Assembly: GCA_041178665.1 (NCBI GenBank)
Contig: JBEGUW010000124.1
Coordinates: 1 to 55,058, forward strand
Direction: 5' to 3'
Length of the DNA: 55,058 nt
Source: Bacteroidota bacterium
GTDB lineage: Bacteria > Bacteroidota > Bacteroidia > NS11-12g > UBA955
The position numbers and the translations under genes were made by a program. Shown here one piece after another: positions 7,930 through 18,095 of the stretch; within the stretch, counting starts at the first letter, position 1; every line of letters starts with the position of its first letter. The notes under the pieces are model-generated. The model was not told the DNA's origin, did no database searches, and saw only the letters and a list, made by a program, of their open reading frames with translations.

Positions 7930-8831
7930 TTAGTGTAGTATTTTTTGGCGAAACGATACAGGTTGAACAGGCCTTTATCTAATTCAATGGCAATTTCTTC
8001 CTTCAATTGATTTAAAGGTATACTTCTCATTTTTTGACGTTGAATCAATCGAAAGGCGCGTTCGGCAAATAGATTGCTCAGGTTTTGAATGTTATTCTGA
8101 GTTTCTAGATGAGCCGAAATCGCATCGCTCAATGTTTGAATCCCTTTTCCATCGGTTGCCACTGTGTTGATTATGGGAATTTCCCAACCATCGCTGGTCG
8201 ACTTGTAATGGGCTAGCTTTTTTAAATGATTGGCAAATGCTTCTGCACCGTCTCTATCGCTCTTGTTAACCACGAAAATGTCTGCGATTTCCATCACACC
8301 ACTTTTCATCGTCTGCACCTCGTCGCCGCTTTCTGGGACGGTTACGACCAAGGTAGTATCGGCGATGCCGGCAATTTCGATTTCACTCTGACCCACACCT
8401 ACGGTTTCGATGATGATTCTATCGAATTTGGCGTGTTTTAGGATATCGCACACTTCAATTATACTCGCGCTAAGGCCACCCAACGAACCTCGTGCGGAGA
8501 TGCTTCGAATAAACACTTTGGGGTCAAGGAAAAGGCCCGGCATGCGCAAACGATCGCCCAATAGGGAGCCAAGGTTGAATGGGGAGGATGGGTCAACGGC
8601 GACAATGGCTGTTTTTAATCCTTTTGAACTCCAGTGCAACACCAATGCATTCACCAAGCTGCTTTTTCCGGCACCGGGAGGGCCAGTTACACCAACAATC
8701 GGGCAGTTACCTTCCAATTGTTCCAGCAATTCCATCGATTGCGGATGTTGGTTCTCTACCCAACTAATTGCCCTAGCGATGGCTCTTTCGTTGCCCTCGG
8801 CGATTAATGTTGGAGTAGGAATGATTGGCAT
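7926..8831 (-). CDS. meaB: Methylmalonyl-CoA mutase-associated GTPase MeaB / ArgK-type G3E P-loop GTPase
   Basis: 301 aa with P-loop GVTGPPGAGKSSL, switch motif IIETVGVGQSE and NKxD-like VVNKSDRDG. Its stop overlaps the convergent gene's stop by 4 nt. Confidence 0.85.
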   Translation of the reverse strand: MPIIPTPTLIAEGNERAIARAISWVENQHPQSMELLEQLEGNCPIVGVTGPPGAGKSSLVNALVLHWSSKGLKTAIVAVDPSSPFNLGSLLGDRLRMPGLFLDPKVFIRSISARGSLGGLSASIIEVCDILKHAKFDRIIIETVGVGQSEIEIAGIADTTLVVTVPESGDEVQTMKSGVMEIADIFVVNKSDRDGAEAFANHLKKLAHYKSTSDGWEIPIINTVATDGKGIQTLSDAISAHLETQNNIQNLSNLFAERAFRLIQRQKMRSIPLNQLKEEIAIELDKGLFNLYRFAKKYYTN

Positions 8832-8865
8832 GTCACGAAGATATTAAAATTGGCTGAAACACCAT

Positions 8866-9894
8866 TTATTTGTGTGCTCTTGCAAATGGAGTGGCATTGA
8901 GCGGTGTAAATTGATTTTTTTGGAATTTTTCATATCCTGCCATGGCAACCATCGCCGCATTGTCCGTGCAATATTCAAAAGCAGGTATACACACTTGCAG
9001 GCCTTTTTCGGTGCCCAAAGTATCAATGGCTTCCCTCAATTCGCTATTGGCAGAAACCCCGCCACAAAGCCCAATACTGCAGGGTTTGTGCACTTCTATT
9101 GCCTTGGCAAAACGCTTCGTTAAGCTCATTACGATTTGATGCTGATACGATGCACAAATATTAGGCAACTCCTTGTTTATGAATTCGTTGTCGTTCTTTA
9201 AATGATCTCTAAGAAAATACAATAATGATGTTTTGATGCCCGAAAAGCTAAAGTCCAACCCTTGCATTTGACTATCGGGAAATTTGTATTTATTTGGATC
9301 GCCTTGCTTTGCATATTGATCAATTAAGGGTCCTCCGGGATAGCCTAAATTAAGGAGCTTTGCTGCTTTGTCGAATGCTTCGCCTGCCGCATCGTCTTGC
9401 GTAGTTCCCACTATTTGCATATCGTCGATGCCGTTCACCAAGATGATCTGTGTATGTCCGCCACTCACCAAAAGACAGAGCATGGGCAAGTTTACCTGGT
9501 GGTCGATAAATAGTGCCGCAACATGGGCTTCTAGGTGATTGATTCCTATCAGTGGGATGTTGTTGGCAATGCAAATGCCCTTGGCAATATTGGTTCCAAC
9601 CAGCAGTGATCCCATGAGTCCGGGGCCTTGTGTTACGGCCACCGCGTTGACTTCATCGATGGAAATTTGGGCTTTTTCTAGTGCCAAATGAATCACTGGA
9701 ATTATATTGCTTTGATGGGCACGGGAGGCCAATTCAGGTACCACTCCGCCGTATTGTTCGTGTACTTTTTGACTAGCCGTTACGTTGGCAAGGATTTTGC
9801 CATCGCAGAGTAACGATGCTGCGGTATCATCGCAACTGCTCTCGATGCCCAATATAATGGAGCGGGCGGGTTTTGGTGGATTCAGCGGAGACAA
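8866..9894 (-). CDS. tsaD: tRNA N6-adenosine threonylcarbamoyltransferase TsaD
   Basis: 342 aa with ILGIESSCDDTAAS, HLEAHV, LLVSGGHTQI and CGGVSANS motifs. No in-frame ATG lies upstream of the conserved N-terminus, so the start is TTG 9894 or TTG 9852. Confidence 0.9.
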   Translation of the reverse strand: MSPLNPPKPARSIILGIESSCDDTAASLLCDGKILANVTASQKVHEQYGGVVPELASRAHQSNIIPVIHLALEKAQISIDEVNAVAVTQGPGLMGSLLVGTNIAKGICIANNIPLIGINHLEAHVAALFIDHQVNLPMLCLLVSGGHTQIILVNGIDDMQIVGTTQDDAAGEAFDKAAKLLNLGYPGGPLIDQYAKQGDPNKYKFPDSQMQGLDFSFSGIKTSLLYFLRDHLKNDNEFINKELPNICASYQHQIVMSLTKRFAKAIEVHKPCSIGLCGGVSANSELREAIDTLGTEKGLQVCIPAFEYCTDNAAMVAMAGYEKFQKNQFTPLNATPFARAHK

Positions 9895-12800
9895 CGAATT
9901 TTATATTTGAGAGATTGAAAAATAAGCGTACAAAACTACGGAAGTTTTTGCTTCTGATGTTGCTGTCGTTCCTGTTGCTTACGGGAGCCGCAATTGTTTT
10001 GTCGCGCAATCACATCGTTCAGAATTATTTCGCCCAACAACTCGCTCAGCAGCTATCGAAAGATTTAAATACCAAGGTTGAAATTGGATATGTTGAAGTC
10101 GATTTTTTGCGGAACATCCATGTTGAGCGCCTAAGAATCTACGATCAGAGCAAAGATACACTCATTGAAGCACGTCAAATAGAGGCCCGATTAACCAAGG
10201 TGGATTTGAAGTCGCATAGCATCGAACTATCGTCGGTTGTGATCTATAAGCCCCGCATGAAGAATGGGTATCACACAGAAGAAGGGCCCTTAAATATTGA
10301 TTTTTTCTCCGATTATTTGAGTCCGCCATCCGATCCAAACGACCATAGTGAGGGGTGGGATTTTGGCATCAACGACGTTAAGATTGTGGATGGGTACTAT
10401 CAGTTTTTCAACATTCGTCAGCGTTCTAGTGACCCTTATTTTGATCCAGACAATATGATTCTGTCCAAGATCGATGCGGAAATGGACTCACTCACGTTTG
10501 GGCATCCGTGGTTTACGGTGAATATAAAGTCGATGACGTTTAAAGAGCGAAGCGGTCTGAATATCGTAAAAGGAGCTGCGCGGGTTGTGATTGATAAAAA
10601 GCAGATTTTGGCCAGTAATTTATTGTTGGAAACGCCATGCAGCATTCTGGGAGATCGTTTTGAAATGCGTTATAATTCGATGCGTGATTTCAGGGATATT
10701 TTCCACAAGGTTACTTTCGATATTCGTTTGCGCAAGTCCAAATTTTGCTTGGAGGAGTTAATTGCGTTTCACCCCTGGTTCAAGGATCGGAATTTGCCGC
10801 TGTTTGTCAATGCGCATGCTGAAGGCCCCTTGGCTGCCTTGGTACTGAAGAAATTCACTTTTGAATCGCTAACGGATCAAACCTTGTTGAAGGGTAGTGG
10901 TATTTTGACGAGTTTGCAGGATTTGGATAATTTTGAATATCGCCTAGAATTGGATGATTCGCGGTTGGCTGTGGCCGATTTAAAAGATGTGGTTTATGAG
11001 CTAGACTCGATTGATTTTGTCAAAAAGTTCGAAGCCCTTGACATCGAAGCTACAATTACTGGCGGTCTGACTTCCTTTGGTTTTGATGGCGATTTGGATG
11101 CTGGACCCGGCCATTTCTCTGGGCATTTGGCATTTGATTTTCCTGAGAGCATCGATGCGATGTCTTACGATGTTGAAGGCAAATTGGGTCAGTGGGATTT
11201 GGGCATGTTTGCGGGCAATGGATTGGATGCGTTTGTGAATGATGCAAATATTCTGATTACCGGCGAAGGGCTCGCAGCGGATTTGTTAAACACGGAAGCG
11301 GATATTCATTTGATCGATTATACGGTGTTGGGCAGGCATCTCACTGATGTTCAATTAACGGGCGAGTTTGATAAGAGTCAGTTCCATTTAAATGTTGAAT
11401 CGGATGATTCGCGCTTCGCATTTGTGGCCAGTGCAACCGTTTTTGACTGGGATAAGAACTTGTCGATGGATGCCGATTTGTCTGCCAGCAACGTTGAATT
11501 CGAGAATGTTGGATTGGATAAGGTGCCATTGATTTTGTCGGGGTCGGCTTCTTTGATATATGGCGGCGGCGATGCGCAGAATACCAATGCAACAATTGAG
11601 GTGAGGCAACTTGTGGCCGATCATGGTTCTGTCCGATATTTTTGCAATAGTCAGCAATTGGTGCAGTCGGCTTCGGAAGGAATACAATTTTCTGGAGACT
11701 GGCTAAATGGAAATATTTCTTCTGGATTTGACCCATCTGATGCGATGAATATTGGGGAGCATTTTTTATATACATTGTTGCCCAATCGTTTCGCTGCCCC
11801 AACGTCATTTGCTCCTAGGGATTTTAGCTTTGATTTACAGTTGATTCAAACCGATTGGCTGTCTTCATTCGTTGACAGGACACTGCAATCTGGACCCATA
11901 AATCTGGTGGGTCATTTTGGTTCGCAGCACCGTGATGTGGATGTGGTTTTGGGTCCCATGGATTTGTCGTGGCAGGGCGCCGAATGGCATCGTTTAAAAT
12001 TGGCGATAAATGCAAATACTGATGGGGCGGCATCGCTTCTGCTAAATGCCAAAGACTTGAATTATGGCGAAACGAAGTACGATCGATTTGCTTTGGAAGG
12101 GAAATTGAGGGATGGGATATTGGATGTTGGGTTTGATTTGCACGATAAGCAAGATCGTTACAATGTGAATCTCGGTTCTCAGTCTAATGTGAAGTTAGAT
12201 TCTTTACCTACCAATATTCACGCAGCCAATTTTTACATCAACAAAGAACCTTGGCAGTTGGATCAAGAGAGTCAATTGAGTTTAGGTGGCGGAAATAGAT
12301 TGAAGGTTAATAAGTTGATGGTCAATAATTCTCGACATTTCGTGGAATTGCGCGGGGTGCTTTCTGAGATGTTGAGTGATACATTTACGGTGGAAGTGGG
12401 TAATATCACCCCGGAGTTGCTTTCGCCATTTTTTCCCCATGGCACCTTTGATAGTATGCAGTTTCATTTGGGAGGTCGGGTGAGGATTGCTGCGGCTCTC
12501 GGACAGGCAAAGATTGTTGGAGAGAGTTATTTGAACGATTTGGTTTACTTGGGTTATCGATATGGGAGTTTTGATCTAAAAGTGGCCCAACGGACGATGG
12601 AAAAGGTGCTTGATTTAGACCTTGTTGCACGCCGAGGCGTTTTGAAAAACACATCGTTTAGGGGTAGGCTAAAATTTGGGGGCGACGATCCTGGTTTAAA
12701 CGCGGATTTGTTTATTCCCGAAGGGACAACTATTGGAATTTTGACGCCATTTTTATCGGGCATTGCAACTACGGAATCCGGCACGATTGGTGGGAATGTG

Positions 12801-14381
12801 CGAATTGAAGGGCCAATGAAGGATTTGATTATGCAAGGCGATTTGAAGGCTAGGGATGTGATGATGAAAGTTGATTACTTGGGAACAAAATATCGATTTG
12901 ATGATGCAGATTTTTTGGTGAAATCAAATGGAATATTCACTCGCTATCCGATTCAAATTTATGGCAAGTATAAAAAGGGCAAGGCGAAGGCGACCTTTGC
13001 TTTCACCCACAATCATTTCAGGGATTTGGCTTTGGATTTGAATGTGTACGACGCCCAAAAAATCAGAATTATTGAGACTACGGAGGCAGACAATGATTTG
13101 TTTTATGGCACCGCTTGGGGCAATGGAAGTTGCAGGGTTTGGGGTCCTTTGGACAAGATCAATATCAAGATGGATATGACGCCTTCCGAGAATAGTAAGT
13201 TGAGCATTCTTTACCCCACACTCAATACAAATTCCGTGGCTGGGAACATCGTCTTTAGAAATCATTTTGGCAAAGTGGTAGGGAATTCTAAGTCCAAAAA
13301 ATCCTCCTCTGGTATGGGTAATATTGATTTGATGATTCGAGCTACCCCGGACTTGGAAACGGAGTTTTTGATTGATAAGAGGTTGGGGGATATGATCAAA
13401 GGACGCGGAACTGGCGATATCAGGATTTTATATGATGAAAACGAGCGTTTCTTCTTAAATGGTCAGTATACCATAAAATCTGGGTTGTATGTTTTCTCGT
13501 TGCCGGGAATCAACTTGTTGACAAAGAAAATTACGCTTACGGAAGGGGGTAAAATTACTTGGGTTGGAGATCCTTACGATGCAAATCTTGCGCTATCGGG
13601 CAAAATCGAAAAGAGAATTTCTCCGGCACAGTTGATGGTTGGAAGTGGTAACGCATCTAGTACCAATTATCCGCCTACATTGATCGTGAGTGTGTTGAAT
13701 ATCAATGGTAGTTTGATGAGGCCACAGATTGGATTTGATTTACAGGCCCCTGAATTGGCATTAAGTGCGGGAAGTAATAGTGATGTAAATGCGGTGATTC
13801 AAAGGATTCGGCAAGACAAAGATGAAACGATGCGACAGGCCATTGCGCTGTTGATTTTTGGTAACTTTTTACCCCCTTCTTTTTCTAGTGGTAACCCAAC
13901 TAGTGGCAACGTGGTGAGTGGAGCAGGGGTAGCGGGGAACAGCGTATCGAACATTGCATCCAACGTAGTAAATGATATTTTTCAGAAGTACGGCATCAAG
14001 ACAAAGATTCAGGTGAATATAGATGATGTGAGGAGGAATAGTGGTACAAGTAGCAATACCCAAGTATTTGTGAACAGCGAATGGAATTTGAGCGACCGTT
14101 TAAAGCTTAATTTGAATTACGATCCTACGGTTGCTGTGTTGGTGAATGGTGCCGCGGTTCCGTTGAATTTCAACCTCGAATATTCCACTCGAAATGAGAA
14201 TTGGAGATTAAAAATGTTCTCTCGGAGTAACAATTTATTACTACAGCAAAGTGGTTCAATTACCAATGGTGTGTCGGGAAATACACTGGGCGGGGGTGCT
14301 TTGTATCGTCGTGAATTTGAGACTTTCCGACGAAAGAAAACGCCAATTACAACTACCACGGAGGAGAAACCTGTTGAATAA
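9873..14381 (+). CDS. tamB: Translocation and assembly module protein TamB (DUF490-type giant periplasm-spanning protein)
   Basis: 1502 aa. It has an N-terminal basic stretch plus a TM helix (KLRKFLLLMLLSFLLLTGAAIVL), a long beta-rich body and a TamB-like C-terminus. It sits divergent to tsaD, as is common in Bacteroidota. The true start may be TTG 9915, which would remove the 5' overlap with tsaD. Confidence 0.8.
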   Translation: MVDSAETTNFIFERLKNKRTKLRKFLLLMLLSFLLLTGAAIVLSRNHIVQNYFAQQLAQQLSKDLNTKVEIGYVEVDFLRNIHVERLRIYDQSKDTLIEARQIEARLTKVDLKSHSIELSSVVIYKPRMKNGYHTEEGPLNIDFFSDYLSPPSDPNDHSEGWDFGINDVKIVDGYYQFFNIRQRSSDPYFDPDNMILSKIDAEMDSLTFGHPWFTVNIKSMTFKERSGLNIVKGAARVVIDKKQILASNLLLETPCSILGDRFEMRYNSMRDFRDIFHKVTFDIRLRKSKFCLEELIAFHPWFKDRNLPLFVNAHAEGPLAALVLKKFTFESLTDQTLLKGSGILTSLQDLDNFEYRLELDDSRLAVADLKDVVYELDSIDFVKKFEALDIEATITGGLTSFGFDGDLDAGPGHFSGHLAFDFPESIDAMSYDVEGKLGQWDLGMFAGNGLDAFVNDANILITGEGLAADLLNTEADIHLIDYTVLGRHLTDVQLTGEFDKSQFHLNVESDDSRFAFVASATVFDWDKNLSMDADLSASNVEFENVGLDKVPLILSGSASLIYGGGDAQNTNATIEVRQLVADHGSVRYFCNSQQLVQSASEGIQFSGDWLNGNISSGFDPSDAMNIGEHFLYTLLPNRFAAPTSFAPRDFSFDLQLIQTDWLSSFVDRTLQSGPINLVGHFGSQHRDVDVVLGPMDLSWQGAEWHRLKLAINANTDGAASLLLNAKDLNYGETKYDRFALEGKLRDGILDVGFDLHDKQDRYNVNLGSQSNVKLDSLPTNIHAANFYINKEPWQLDQESQLSLGGGNRLKVNKLMVNNSRHFVELRGVLSEMLSDTFTVEVGNITPELLSPFFPHGTFDSMQFHLGGRVRIAAALGQAKIVGESYLNDLVYLGYRYGSFDLKVAQRTMEKVLDLDLVARRGVLKNTSFRGRLKFGGDDPGLNADLFIPEGTTIGILTPFLSGIATTESGTIGGNVRIEGPMKDLIMQGDLKARDVMMKVDYLGTKYRFDDADFLVKSNGIFTRYPIQIYGKYKKGKAKATFAFTHNHFRDLALDLNVYDAQKIRIIETTEADNDLFYGTAWGNGSCRVWGPLDKINIKMDMTPSENSKLSILYPTLNTNSVAGNIVFRNHFGKVVGNSKSKKSSSGMGNIDLMIRATPDLETEFLIDKRLGDMIKGRGTGDIRILYDENERFFLNGQYTIKSGLYVFSLPGINLLTKKITLTEGGKITWVGDPYDANLALSGKIEKRISPAQLMVGSGNASSTNYPPTLIVSVLNINGSLMRPQIGFDLQAPELALSAGSNSDVNAVIQRIRQDKDETMRQAIALLIFGNFLPPSFSSGNPTSGNVVSGAGVAGNSVSNIASNVVNDIFQKYGIKTKIQVNIDDVRRNSGTSSNTQVFVNSEWNLSDRLKLNLNYDPTVAVLVNGAAVPLNFNLEYSTRNENWRLKMFSRSNNLLLQQSGSITNGVSGNTLGGGALYRREFETFRRKKTPITTTTEEKPVE

Positions 14382-14383
14382 TC

Positions 14384-14391
14384 TATTTTTG
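14384..14391 (+). promoter_or_regulatory. Candidate -7 box TATTTTTG
   Basis: Exact TAnnTTTG match, 11 nt upstream of the GTG start at 14403 and immediately after the tamB stop. Confidence 0.3.
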
Positions 14392-14402
14392 AAAAAGCAA
14401 TT

Positions 14403-15671
14403 GTGAATCTCAAGATTTTTTTCAGTGAAACGATGCGGGTATCAGTCTCCGCAATTAGGCAAAATAAGCTGAGAAGTGTTTTGTCGGTTTTGGGTATCAC
14501 AATTGGTATTTATTGCATCATTGCCGTTTATGCACTGGTTCATTCACTTGAGACTAACATCAACAATCAATTTACCAAATATGGAACTCAAGTTTTGTTT
14601 GTTCAAAAATGGCCTTGGGATGAATTTGGAGGCAATTATCCTTGGTGGAAGTATTTGAGCAGGCCCGTTTCCTCGCCCGAAGAAGCTTTGTTTTTGGAGT
14701 CGAAATTGTCTAAGAATCGCGTTGAGAGTGTGGGATTTAATTTTGGAAGAACAGAGAAGTTGGCGGCAGAGGGAGTGACCTTAGAGGGGGTTTCTGTAGG
14801 GTGTGTTTCGCATCAATATTTAGAAATTCAGCGCATCGCAGCAGAATATGGTCGGACCTTTACGCTGGAAGAAAGCAGGGGTGGTAGGCCGGTGGTGATA
14901 TTAGGGAATAACATCGCTCTACAGCTTTTTGGTCGTGCCAACGCAATTGGAAATGTTGTTCGCGTGGGAAATCGAGTTTGTCGGGTTGTGGGTGTTTGTG
15001 CTGCGGAGGGGGCTAGTATTATCGACAATTCAAAGGACGATCGGGTTTTTATTCCGCTCAAAATGGGTATGGGAATGTATTCGTATCGCGAGAACGACGA
15101 TGCGCAGATTATGGTAAAGGCGTCAAATGGGGTGGATTTGGATGATTTAACGGTTGAAGTAGGGCAGTTGATGAGGCAGTATCGAAAAATCAAACCGGGG
15201 AAGGAAAATACTTTTGCAGTGAATCGGATGACTATGATTACGCAAGCGGTTTCGCAGTTGTTTACTCAGATTAAGAATATTGGTATTGTGATTGGTGGAT
15301 TTGCAATGATTGTGGGCTGCTTTGGTGTGGCGAATATCATGTTTGTGAGTGTGAAGGAACGTACCAAGGAAATTGGTATTCAGAAGGCTTTGGGCGCGCC
15401 TCATATTTTTATTCAGGTTCAGTTTTTATTGGAGGCGATTTGGTTGTGTTTGATAGGCGGATTGATTGGATTGCTCTTTGTCTGGCTGACATTTTTGGGG
15501 TTGAATGCCATTTTAAAGGAGACCATGGGTGAGGGTTTTGTGCTGGTGTTAAGTGCTTCGGATACGCAGTTGGGGCTTTGGGTTTCTGCGATAGTGGGAA
15601 TTGTGGCGGGTTTTATTCCGGCCAGGCAGGCGGCGCGGTTGAATCCGGTTGAGGCGATGCGTGCAAAATAA
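14403..15671 (+). CDS. ABC transporter permease, MacB/FtsX family
   Basis: 422 aa. It has an N-terminal TM helix (LRSVLSVLGITIGIYCIIAV), a large periplasmic MacB-type domain and a C-terminal FtsX-like three-TM bundle (ERTKEIGIQKALGA...). No ATPase gene is adjacent. Confidence 0.85.
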   Translation: MNLKIFFSETMRVSVSAIRQNKLRSVLSVLGITIGIYCIIAVYALVHSLETNINNQFTKYGTQVLFVQKWPWDEFGGNYPWWKYLSRPVSSPEEALFLESKLSKNRVESVGFNFGRTEKLAAEGVTLEGVSVGCVSHQYLEIQRIAAEYGRTFTLEESRGGRPVVILGNNIALQLFGRANAIGNVVRVGNRVCRVVGVCAAEGASIIDNSKDDRVFIPLKMGMGMYSYRENDDAQIMVKASNGVDLDDLTVEVGQLMRQYRKIKPGKENTFAVNRMTMITQAVSQLFTQIKNIGIVIGGFAMIVGCFGVANIMFVSVKERTKEIGIQKALGAPHIFIQVQFLLEAIWLCLIGGLIGLLFVWLTFLGLNAILKETMGEGFVLVLSASDTQLGLWVSAIVGIVAGFIPARQAARLNPVEAMRAK

Positions 15672-15748
15672 ATAAACGATTATTTAATGTCAATTTCAAC
15701 GGCGAACTCCCTGAATGTGGAGATTCCTTTCTTTCTTTGTAGTGAATT

Positions 15749-18034
15749 ATGAATTTGCGCAGTTTAGGGTTGGTATTTTTCTTGTTTTTGGGGTGTGGGC
15801 AGTTTTTAGGTGCGCAAGTTTTGGATTCAGTTGGCATTAGGGTTGTGGCGTCCGATTCGCTGCTGAAAGCGTTGGATATTGCCAAAGATTCCGTTTTAGT
15901 TAAGTCGGAAAAGATGATGGGCGTTGACATTAAAGTGTCGGGTCCATTGATTGAAAACAAAGTTGATCGTTTGGTTTATAATGCCGCACAAGATATCACA
16001 TCAAAGGGTGGTTCTGCGGCGGATTTGTTGTCGAAAGTCCCAATGGTTGAGGTGGATATGGATGGGAATGTATCGATTCGTGGAAGTCGGAATTTAAAGG
16101 TGCTTATTAATGGTCGGCCCAGTGGTATGATGGCTGGGAATGTTGCCGATGCACTGCGGTCTTTTCCCGCGGATGGGATAGATAAAGTGGAAGTGATCAC
16201 AAATCCCTCGTCTAAATATGATGCAGAGGGAACTGCGGGTATCATCAATATTATTCTAAAGCAAGTTAGATTGAAGGGCAAGACGGGTGCAATGAATATG
16301 GGGCTTGGGACCCGAAGTGCGAATTTGGGAGGGGATGTTTCGATTCAGAATGGCGCCACCAATTTTAGTATAAAATTGGGAGGTCATTTTTGGAGGTCGT
16401 GGGGGTCGGGTTGGACAAACAGGACGAATACTGTCAATGGGATTGGTTACGGATTAAAGCAGAACAATGATGTGGTGAATTGGGGTGGCGGTCCAAGGCT
16501 TACGCTTTCTATGGATCATCAATTTAACAAAAAAAGTGGACTGTCGGTTTCTGCAACAACAAGTACCCGCATGAGAAATTCCGACAATGATGTTGTTACC
16601 TACAGCGGTGTTTCCTCTTTGCCTTTGAACTATTTGTGGGAGCAAGTCACCAACAATTTCACCTATGGATATGGCTTGGATGTGAATTTAGATTATCGTA
16701 AAAACTTCGACAAAGTAGGTAGGGAATTGGGGATTTCGGCTCAATATAGTGGTAGTCAAGATAATACGGATTATCATTTTACACGATTGACAGAAGCGGA
16801 CTTGGAAACCCGTAAAGAACAGAGTTTGAATATTGGAAAGAACAACGAAATTTCAATGCAGATTGATTATACGGAGCCTTTGCATGCCAAATTACTTTGG
16901 GAAACAGGATTGAAAACCACATTAAGGTCGGTTATTAGTAATTATAACTACGATAGTTTTAATTTTCAACGGAATAATTATGAGTCAATCACGGCACGTA
17001 ATAATCAGTTTGACTATTATCAAAATATTTTGGCTTTGTATTCTCAATTCACTTGGATTACGTCGAGTAAATTTTCTATCAAATCTGGAATTCGACATGA
17101 GTCGACCCAGTTTGGTGGTATAATTTATCAGCCAGTAAAAGAGTCGTATACAGGTCGTCCGTATCAGAACTTTGTACCCTATATCAATTTGAATCGGGTG
17201 ATTGGAAAGGCCGGTTTTTTGCGTTTTACCTATACCAAGAGAATTCAACGACCTAGTTTGTTTTATTTGAATCCATATACCAATTTTATTGATCCACTGA
17301 ATATCACGACTGGCAATCCGCGCTTAAATGCAGAGGTGTCGAACAATTATGAAATATCGACAGGGAATTACGGACAAATTGGGGGTTGGGGATTGAATGT
17401 GTATCACCGTAGGATTGGAAATGCCATAGAAACGATGCGATATGTGGGTGAGGATAAGGTTTATAGGACCACCTATGGTAATATCGGTATCAATTACACT
17501 TCGGGATTCGATGTCAATATGAATTACAAAGGGAAGTGGAGAGGAAATGATTGGACGCTTACTTTTAATGGTGGATTGGGTTGGGTAGATATTCGCAGTG
17601 GGATAGATACAGGTTATTTGAAAGGCGCTAGAAATAAGGGGTTGACCTATAATGCGGGTACAAAATTGAGCGTTAAAATCACCAAAGAATGGCAAGTAGA
17701 ATTGTGGGGTAGATTTAACGCGCCTACTTATACTTTACAGGGTTTTACAACCAACTGGTTTTTTCATATGTTGGGGGTAAAGCGCAGGTTTAAGAATGAT
17801 AAAGGTGGTTTGGGGTTTGGATTAGATAATCCCTTCATACCCAAAATGGACTTCATTACTCGAGCTTCGGGGCAAGATTTTGATTATAAGAACGTCCAGC
17901 GCCTAAACATGTGGGGCGTTCGGGTGAATTTTGATTATAAGTTTGGGTCGCTCACCATTGAAAAGCCCAAGCCAGTGAATCGCAAGCTGCAAAATGATGA
18001 TTTAAAGCCACCTGGTGGACAAGAAGGCATGTAG
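15749..18034 (+). CDS. TonB-dependent-receptor-like outer membrane beta-barrel family protein with plug domain
   Basis: 761 aa with a signal peptide. The plug-like region reads AADLLSKVPMVEVDMDGNVSIRGSRNLKVLINGRPS. A long beta-barrel follows, with Gly/aromatic-rich strands. Confidence 0.8.
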   Translation: MNLRSLGLVFFLFLGCGQFLGAQVLDSVGIRVVASDSLLKALDIAKDSVLVKSEKMMGVDIKVSGPLIENKVDRLVYNAAQDITSKGGSAADLLSKVPMVEVDMDGNVSIRGSRNLKVLINGRPSGMMAGNVADALRSFPADGIDKVEVITNPSSKYDAEGTAGIINIILKQVRLKGKTGAMNMGLGTRSANLGGDVSIQNGATNFSIKLGGHFWRSWGSGWTNRTNTVNGIGYGLKQNNDVVNWGGGPRLTLSMDHQFNKKSGLSVSATTSTRMRNSDNDVVTYSGVSSLPLNYLWEQVTNNFTYGYGLDVNLDYRKNFDKVGRELGISAQYSGSQDNTDYHFTRLTEADLETRKEQSLNIGKNNEISMQIDYTEPLHAKLLWETGLKTTLRSVISNYNYDSFNFQRNNYESITARNNQFDYYQNILALYSQFTWITSSKFSIKSGIRHESTQFGGIIYQPVKESYTGRPYQNFVPYINLNRVIGKAGFLRFTYTKRIQRPSLFYLNPYTNFIDPLNITTGNPRLNAEVSNNYEISTGNYGQIGGWGLNVYHRRIGNAIETMRYVGEDKVYRTTYGNIGINYTSGFDVNMNYKGKWRGNDWTLTFNGGLGWVDIRSGIDTGYLKGARNKGLTYNAGTKLSVKITKEWQVELWGRFNAPTYTLQGFTTNWFFHMLGVKRRFKNDKGGLGFGLDNPFIPKMDFITRASGQDFDYKNVQRLNMWGVRVNFDYKFGSLTIEKPKPVNRKLQNDDLKPPGGQEGM

Positions 18035-18083
18035 TTGTGGATTAGTTGAGGAATGAATGCAGTTGAAATGGAAAACAAAAAAA

Positions 18084-18091
18084 TAGATTTG
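18084..18091 (+). promoter_or_regulatory. Candidate -7 box TAGATTTG (near-leaderless transcript for the DUF3127 gene)
   Basis: Exact TAnnTTTG match, 4 nt upstream of ATG 18096. A TTG at 18063-18065 lies 18 nt upstream as a possible -33 element. Confidence 0.35.
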
Positions 18092-18095
18092 CGAT

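Noticed and set aside
7924-7935. Palindrome CACTAATTAGTG formed where the convergent T9SS cargo and meaB genes overlap by 4 nt
   Set aside because: It is explained by two overlapping stop codons (TAA / TAG on opposite strands) flanked by complementary codons. It is too short to form a terminator hairpin.
8410-8847. 145-aa plus-strand ORF antisense to meaB, and similar 120-155-aa antisense ORFs at 11341-11808, 14117-14500, 14828-15193, 24449-24868, 32484-32948 and 33387-33854
   Set aside because: Each is embedded in a longer opposite-strand gene with family-specific motifs. None has its own promoter box or recognisable domain.
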